Assembly: GCA_965224465.1 (NCBI GenBank)
Contig: OZ245049.1
Location: 4,920,001-4,952,000, forward strand
Length of the DNA stretch: 32,000 nucleotides
Direction: 5' to 3'
Source: Flavobacteriaceae bacterium
GTDB taxonomy: Bacteria > Bacteroidota > Bacteroidia > Flavobacteriales > Flavobacteriaceae
Notes under the pieces: generated by a model
What the model was told of the DNA's origin: nothing
Databases searched by the model: none
The model's input: only the letters and a program-made list of their open reading frames with translations
Program-made: the position numbers and the translations under genes
Shown: one piece after another, positions 25,992-32,000 of the stretch
Position numbering within the stretch: position 1 is the first letter of the stretch
How the letters are laid out: every line of letters starts with the position of its first letter

Positions 25992-27066
25992 TGTATTTTT
26001 ATTTTAAGTTGTGCAATAAAAAGTCCTTCTTTCTCTTCGGTTTTTACTTCGTATTCGTTTTTCTTATAGCCTAGCTCTAATCTTTTCTGTACATTTTTTA
26101 ACCCTAAACCGCTTTTTGTTTGAAAACGTTGCTCATATATCGTTTTCGCTGGTAGCGGGTTTTCGATACGAAAGTAAAGAAAATCTTCTTTAACTGTTAT
26201 ACTTATATCAATTTTAATTTTTCCAATATTTTTGTTTGCTCCATGTTTAAATGCATTTTCCACAAAAGCAAGGAGTAACATGGGGGGAATAGACTTGTCC
26301 ATCAGCTCACCAGAGAGTTCCATATTTATCTCTAGTCGCTCATCAAAACGTATGCGTTCTAGGTCCAAATAGTTTTGAATGCACATAATTTCTTTGTCTA
26401 AAGTTTGACTTTTATTTTTAGTTTCGTGTAATAAATAGCGCATAAATTCAGATAGCTTTAAAATGATTTTAGCAGTTTTGTCTGATTTTTCTATAGCCAA
26501 CGAATAGATATTGTTCAATGTGTTAAAAAAGAAATGTGGAGATATTTGAGACCTTAAGAATAAAAGTTCTGTTTCTAGTTGTACTTTTGCGAGCTTTGTA
26601 GAGCGTTGATGTTCTTGGATCCAATCCATGGTTATTTTAATGGCAGTTACAAATGTAATTACGTACAATTCTCCGATCATCATGTTCAAAGAGTAATTTA
26701 CAGTAAACTTTCGTGTAATTTCAGGTCCTTCTGGCCATACATCATTAGAAACTAAAAAATAAGTCAAGTAAAATTTAATAAAAACCATTAAAAATAAGAT
26801 TCCAGAAATAGAAAGCAGGTAATAAAGTATTTGCGTTTAAAAACAAAAAGGGGCATTAAAATATAGATGTTCAGATAACATAATAACATGTGTATAGGGA
26901 ATCCTATAAGATTTGTTTTGATGGAATAATCAAAATCATCGAAGTAGAATCCCCAACGAAGGACATTCACTCCAAAGTAGATCATCCAAAAAATAATGTG
27001 ATGCTTTAATTCTATTTCAGAGAACTTCAGTTGCTCCATATTTGTGTTCTGAGAATCTATTGCCAT
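25988..27066 (-). pseudogene. LytS/YehU-type sensor histidine kinase split by a 1-nt frameshift (track ORFs 26788..27066 and 25988..26788)
   Basis: The upstream ORF of 92 aa carries TM1-2. The downstream ORF of 266 aa has LRSQISPHFFFNTLNNIYSL (His_kinase) and LLAFVENAFKHG (HATPase). The downstream frame is already open from 26836 and there encodes a plausible TM3 (TQILYYLLSISGILFLMVFIKFYL). The total span of 1079 nt is 3n+2, so one added base would restore a roughly 359-aa, 4-TM kinase. Confidence 0.6.
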
Positions 27067-27134
27067 GGGTTTGTGATTTTGTTTTTGTTCAACCTACTTT
27101 AAGTGTTATACGTCTAATATTTTTTGATAAAAGG

Positions 27135-27142
27135 CAAAATTA
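27135..27142 (-). promoter_or_regulatory. Candidate -7 box (TAATTTTG) for the kinase / regulator operon
   Basis: Plus-strand caaaatta at 27135-27142 is TAATTTTG on the minus strand, about 69 nt upstream of the ATG at 27066. Confidence 0.3.
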
Positions 27143-27207
27143 CACAATATTTAGCTTTAATTTTATTTATCACAAATCAACAGAACTAAATTTTGATAAT
27201 AATCATT

Positions 27208-29478
27208 ATGAAGAAAATATATTTATTGAGTTTAACGGCCTTTATCATCCTTTTTACTGCATGTAAACATAAGGATATTGTCGTCCAAAAAGAGACGACA
27301 TCTAATATAAAATATGTAGATCCTTTTATTGGAACTGGAGGACATGGGCATACCTATCCTGGCGCTACTGTACCCTTTGGAATGTTGCAATTGAGCCCAG
27401 ACAATGGGATCTCTAAATGGGATTGGTGCTCGGGCTACCATTATACAGATTCTATTACCATTGGTTTTAGTCACCTACATTTGAGTGGAACAGGGATTGG
27501 AGATTTGAATGATATTCGTTTTATGCCGATCAATAAAAAGGTGGATTTGTCTAAAAAAATAACCACAAGAGATGATATTCCATACAAATCGGTCTACAGC
27601 CACTCGGAAGAAAACGCAACAGCGGGATATTATGCAGTTGAATTAAAAGATTTTCATATTAAAGCGGAGTTGACAGCGAGTTTAAGAACAGCTTTTCATA
27701 AATATACCTTTGCAAAAGAGAGTCTACAGTCTGTAATTGTAGATTTAGGATTTGCCATTAATTGGGATAAAACAACGGCATCTGCTATTCATATTGTGGA
27801 TCAGCATACTATTTCTGGATATAGATATAGTAAAGGTTGGGCAAAAAATCAAAAAGTGTTCTTTGTTGCTAAATTTTCAAAGGCAATTAAGAATTTTGAT
27901 TTGGTAGCAGACAACACATATATAACCAATGTAAAAACGGTTGAAGGTGAAAAAACAACAGCCCAATTGTTTTTCGAAAAAGAAAGCAACAATCAACTTC
28001 AAGTCAAAGTAGGTGTCTCTTCTGTGAGTATAGAAAATGCATTTGAAAATATTGCGGATCAAGGGGATGCTTTTAATTTTGATCAGATAAAAAATGATGC
28101 TGAGAAAATTTGGACTAAAACATTGGATAAAATTAAAATAGAAACACCAAATGAAGATTTAAAGAAAATATTTTATACGGCTTTATACCATACCCAAATT
28201 GCTCCTGTTACTTTTAGTGATGTAAATGGAGCGTTTAGATTGGAAAATGATTCAATTGTAAAAGCAGCGGGATATACCGCGTTTTCAACACTTTCTTTAT
28301 GGGATACATTTAGAGCGCAACAGCCATTAATGACACTTATTGATCAAGAAAAAGTGGCGGATATTATCAATTCTATGTTGGCCTATTATCAAACTAAAAA
28401 AATACTTCCTGTTTGGACTTTGTATGGAAATGAAACCAATACAATGACAGGTTATCACTCCATTCCAGTTATTGCCGAAGCGTATTTAAAAGGAATCAAA
28501 GGATTTGATATTAACAAGGCTTATGAAGCTATGAAAGGAACGATGATGCAAGACGAACGTGGCTTGGATTTGTATAAAAAATACGGATACATTCCGTATA
28601 ATCTATTAGACGAATCCGTGACCATTACCTTGGAATATGCATATGATGATTGGTGTGTGGCTCAAATAGCAAAAGCTTTACATAAAAATGAAGATTTTGA
28701 GTATTTTATGAATAGGTCTAAAGCCTACGAAAAATTGTTTGATCCTATAACTGGTTTTATGAGGGGGAAAGACCAAAAAGGAACTTCTTGGAAAACGCCC
28801 TTTGATCCAAAATATTCTGCACATAGAATTCATGCTGAATATACAGAAGGAAATGCATGGCAACATAGTTGGTTTGTATTACACGATACAGATAATTTAG
28901 TAAAAATGCATGGAGGAGCTGCTAAATTCAGTGAAAAATTAGAGCAATTATTTACAGCATCTTCTGAAATAACAGGAGACAATGTTTCTGTTGATATTTC
29001 TGGTTTGGTTGGTCAATATGCACATGGAAATGAACCAAGTCATCACATCGCCTATATGTTTAATTTTTCGAATAAACCTTGGAGAACTCAATATTGGGTA
29101 CGTCATATACTGGAAACACAATACTCTTCACTTCCAGATGGCTTAAGTGGAAACGAGGATTGTGGGCAGATGTCTGCCTGGTACGTGTTTAGTGCTATGG
29201 GGATTTATCCATACAGTCCTGCATCGGGTGAATACCAAATTGGAAGCCCAATGTTTGAAAAATCAACAATTAAAATGTCTGATACAATTGACTTTGTAAT
29301 TGAAGCAGTACATGCCTCAAAAGATAATATTTACATACAGTCAGCTACGTTGAATGGAGAAGTATTCAACCAAACAACCATCAGCCATCAAACAATGAAA
29401 AAGGGTGGTACACTCAAATTTGTGATGGGAAATACACCAAATAAAAACTGGGGATTAAAAAAATTAACGAGTAAATAA
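27208..29478 (+). CDS. GH92-family alpha-mannosidase, lipoprotein
   Basis: VDPFIGTGGHGHTYPGATVPFGMLQLSPDN is the GH92 N-terminal signature, with GNEPSHHIAYMF and GNEDCGQMSAWYV in the catalytic region. The start is moved to the ATG at 27208 (MKKIYLLSLTAFIILFTAC lipobox) because the track start at 27193 is a TTG. Confidence 0.9.
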   Translation: MKKIYLLSLTAFIILFTACKHKDIVVQKETTSNIKYVDPFIGTGGHGHTYPGATVPFGMLQLSPDNGISKWDWCSGYHYTDSITIGFSHLHLSGTGIGDLNDIRFMPINKKVDLSKKITTRDDIPYKSVYSHSEENATAGYYAVELKDFHIKAELTASLRTAFHKYTFAKESLQSVIVDLGFAINWDKTTASAIHIVDQHTISGYRYSKGWAKNQKVFFVAKFSKAIKNFDLVADNTYITNVKTVEGEKTTAQLFFEKESNNQLQVKVGVSSVSIENAFENIADQGDAFNFDQIKNDAEKIWTKTLDKIKIETPNEDLKKIFYTALYHTQIAPVTFSDVNGAFRLENDSIVKAAGYTAFSTLSLWDTFRAQQPLMTLIDQEKVADIINSMLAYYQTKKILPVWTLYGNETNTMTGYHSIPVIAEAYLKGIKGFDINKAYEAMKGTMMQDERGLDLYKKYGYIPYNLLDESVTITLEYAYDDWCVAQIAKALHKNEDFEYFMNRSKAYEKLFDPITGFMRGKDQKGTSWKTPFDPKYSAHRIHAEYTEGNAWQHSWFVLHDTDNLVKMHGGAAKFSEKLEQLFTASSEITGDNVSVDISGLVGQYAHGNEPSHHIAYMFNFSNKPWRTQYWVRHILETQYSSLPDGLSGNEDCGQMSAWYVFSAMGIYPYSPASGEYQIGSPMFEKSTIKMSDTIDFVIEAVHASKDNIYIQSATLNGEVFNQTTISHQTMKKGGTLKFVMGNTPNKNWGLKKLTSK

Positions 29479-31349
29479 TGGATATAATTGATATCACAAT
29501 AATAGCAGTATATGTTCTACTGACATTATTTGTAGGAGTTTGGGTCTCAAAAAAGGCTTCAAAAGGATTAAAATCATACTTCTTAGGAGGTAATAATATT
29601 AAATGGTATTTTCTAGGACTTAGTAATGGATCTGGGATGTTCGACGTTTCTGGTACCGCTTGGATGGTAGGAATTCTGTTTTTATATGGTCTTAAAAGTT
29701 TTATGTTCATGTGGCTATGGCCTATTTGGAATCAAATATTTGTGATGATGTTCCTCGCTGTTTGGATCAGACGTTCTAATATTATGACAGGTTCTGAGTG
29801 GATTTTAACACGCTTTGGAAATGATAAGGCTGGACGTGCATCTCATAAGATTGTAGCGGTTTTTGCTATTGTTTCTGCCGTTGGGTTTATTGCTTACTTT
29901 TTTGAAGGAGTAGGGAAGTTTATGACCGTTATTTTACCTTGGGATTTAACATGGGCTATGGGAGATAGTGTATTGCTAACATCTGAACATGTTTATGCAT
30001 TAATCATAATTATCTTAACTACCTTTTATACCGTAAAAGGGGGGATGTTTTCTGTAGTAGCTACGGAAGTATTGCAATATGGAATTATGGTAATCGCTGG
30101 AATTTTAGTGGCGGGCTATACTTTTTATGCCATTAGTGATGCTCAAATTGCTGCGGTGATTACCCCAGAATGGCGCTCTGTATTTTTCGGATGGGAATTA
30201 GAAACCCATTGGTCGGATAAATACCAAGCGTTTAACGATTTGATCGATTCTGAAGGTTATAAAATGTTTGGTGCTTTGATTGGGATGACTATTTTTAAAG
30301 GATTCTTTGCAAGTATTGCAGGGCCTACTCCTAGTTATGATTTACAACGTATTTTATCTACAAAATCGGTAAAAGAAGCTGCTTTAATGAGCGGGTTTAC
30401 AAACCTAATATTGTTTATTCCTAGATACTTATTAATTGCTGGGATTGTAGTGGTTGCTTTGGTAGAATTAGCACCTGTAATGGCTGAGAATCCATTGCTT
30501 AGTGGAGCTGATTTAGAAGTGATTTTACCCAAAGTAATTAATTTCCATATTCCTGTTGGGATTAAAGGATTGTTATTGGCAGGGTTGTTAGCCGCGTTTA
30601 TGTCTACGTTCTCTGCTTTTGTAAATGCAGGACCTGCTTATATTGTAAACGATTTATATAAAAAATATTTCAAGCCAGAGGCAACTGATAAACACTATAT
30701 CAGAGCCAGTCATATTGCATCTTTTACCGTTGTAGGATTAGGGGTGTTTATGGGCTTCTTTGCAAATTCTATTAACTCCTTAACGCTTTGGATAACCTCT
30801 GCGTTGTTTGGAGGCTATGTAGCAGCAAATTTCTTGAAATGGATTTGGTGGCGTTTTAACGGATGGGGTTATTTCTGGGGAATGTTTGCAGGACTATTTA
30901 TTGCTTCTCTACAATTTGTAATGGATAGTTATAAAGGTACATTTACTGAAGGAACATTGATACATGACTTGTCAGAAATAAATGCAATTTATTTATTCCC
31001 TATTATTTTTGGTGTTTCCTTATTAGGATCGTTCTTGGGTACTTGGTTTACAAAACCTACAGATATGGATACCTTAAAATCCTTTTATAAAACCGTACAT
31101 CCTTGGGGTTGGTGGAAACCTGTTTGTGAAGCAATCCAAGAGGAAGATCCAACGTTTACAAAAAACAAGAATTTTTGGTTCGATATGGGGAATAGTGTGA
31201 TTGGTGTGATTTGGCAATCGAGCATGATTGTGTTGCCTATTTATTTTATTATTCGTGATTATCCAAAAGGGTTTATAGCATTAGCTGTATTTTTGGTGAC
31301 TTCAACCATTTTAAAATTCACATGGTACGATAAAATTAAAAATTTATAG
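29478..31349 (+). CDS. Sodium:solute symporter (SSS) family transporter
   Basis: 623 aa with 13 or more hydrophobic helices and the SSS-type N-terminus [31 protein letters not shown]. Its start overlaps the GH92 stop as TAATG. Confidence 0.8.
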   Translation: MDIIDITIIAVYVLLTLFVGVWVSKKASKGLKSYFLGGNNIKWYFLGLSNGSGMFDVSGTAWMVGILFLYGLKSFMFMWLWPIWNQIFVMMFLAVWIRRSNIMTGSEWILTRFGNDKAGRASHKIVAVFAIVSAVGFIAYFFEGVGKFMTVILPWDLTWAMGDSVLLTSEHVYALIIIILTTFYTVKGGMFSVVATEVLQYGIMVIAGILVAGYTFYAISDAQIAAVITPEWRSVFFGWELETHWSDKYQAFNDLIDSEGYKMFGALIGMTIFKGFFASIAGPTPSYDLQRILSTKSVKEAALMSGFTNLILFIPRYLLIAGIVVVALVELAPVMAENPLLSGADLEVILPKVINFHIPVGIKGLLLAGLLAAFMSTFSAFVNAGPAYIVNDLYKKYFKPEATDKHYIRASHIASFTVVGLGVFMGFFANSINSLTLWITSALFGGYVAANFLKWIWWRFNGWGYFWGMFAGLFIASLQFVMDSYKGTFTEGTLIHDLSEINAIYLFPIIFGVSLLGSFLGTWFTKPTDMDTLKSFYKTVHPWGWWKPVCEAIQEEDPTFTKNKNFWFDMGNSVIGVIWQSSMIVLPIYFIIRDYPKGFIALAVFLVTSTILKFTWYDKIKNL

Positions 31350-31398
31350 CACGCTTATAATTAGTAAAAAAAAGTTTCAATTATTAAATAGATATAAA

Positions 31399-32000
31399 AT
31401 GAGTGATATTCCTTGGCAAGATAAACCAGAAGGTAGTAATGATGTAGTGTGGAGATATTCTGAAAATCCTATTATAGATAGATATGCAATTCCTTCTTCA
31501 AATAGTATTTTTAACTCTGCGGTTGTCCCTTTTGAAGGTGGCTTTGCAGGTGTGTTTAGATGTGACAACAAGGCAGTTCAAATGAATATTTTTGCTGGTT
31601 TTAGTAAAAATGGTATTGATTGGGATATCAATCATGATCCTATTGTAATGCAGGCTGGGAATACAGATATGATCGCATCTGATTATAAATACGACCCAAG
31701 AGTTGTGTTTATAGAAGATAGATATTGGATTACTTGGTGTAATGGCTACCATGGTCCCACCATTGGTATTGCATATACGTTTGATTTTAAAGAATTTTTT
31801 CAATGCGAAAATGCCTTTTTACCTTTCAATAGAAATGGGGTGTTATTTCCGCAAAAAATCAATGGGAAATATGCCATGTTAAGTCGTCCAAGCGATAATG
31901 GACACACACCTTTTGGTGATATATATATTAGTTATAGTCCTGATATGAAATATTGGGGGGAACATCGCTGTGTGATGAAAGCAACTCCTTTTGAAGACAG
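31399..32000 (+). CDS. GH130-family beta-1,4-mannoside phosphorylase (N-terminal 200 aa; continues past the window end)
   Basis: Hand translation from the ATG at 31399: [75 protein letters not shown]...[29 protein letters not shown]...[24 protein letters not shown]. The frame is open to base 32000 and there is no signal peptide. It matches remembered mannosylglucose / Man-GlcNAc phosphorylase N-termini. Confidence 0.8.
   Translation, partial: MSDIPWQDKPEGSNDVVWRYSENPIIDRYAIPSSNSIFNSAVVPFEGGFAGVFRCDNKAVQMNIFAGFSKNGIDWDINHDPIVMQAGNTDMIASDYKYDPRVVFIEDRYWITWCNGYHGPTIGIAYTFDFKEFFQCENAFLPFNRNGVLFPQKINGKYAMLSRPSDNGHTPFGDIYISYSPDMKYWGEHRCVMKATPFED

Noticed and set aside
31377-31803. Two minus-strand ORFs (31377..31571 and 31498..31803) at the right end
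   Set aside because: They lie antisense to a plus-strand frame that translates into a clear GH130 phosphorylase N-terminus starting at 31399.

Overview
Low-GC chromosomal segment that looks like Flavobacteriia (Bacteroidota). The evidence is AQ/GQ-type signal peptides, TAnnTTTG -7 promoter boxes, and the gene order thioesterase / dnaA / LMW-PTP / TP-methylase. Most of the window (about 11-25 kb) is core housekeeping: mscS, monomeric icd, rplS, trmD, prmC, ribD, iaaA, yigZ, dnaA. The right end carries a LytTR two-component pair whose kinase is split by a frameshift, followed by a GH92 / Na+-solute symporter / GH130 mannoside (N-glycan-type) catabolic module. The standout is the left 9.6 kb, where three co-oriented minus-strand genes encode secreted, modular fibre-like proteins. 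The central gene is a 2415-aa giant whose middle 5.5 kb is a tandem array of 21 nearly identical units: 18 of 276 bp and 3 of 186 bp. It shares an N-terminal module with the truncated left-hand gene. It shares a C-terminal roughly 110-aa head domain, which resembles BclA/C1q-like heads, with the right-hand gene. I read this as a candidate length-variable surface-fibre system, but that is inference from sequence only. A second unexplained signal is a roughly 160-bp structured intergenic repeat with imperfect terminal inverted repeats (MITE-like). It occurs three times, and two of the three copies (2 and 3) start directly after the stop codon of a minus-strand gene. No rRNA, tRNA or CRISPR array was seen.
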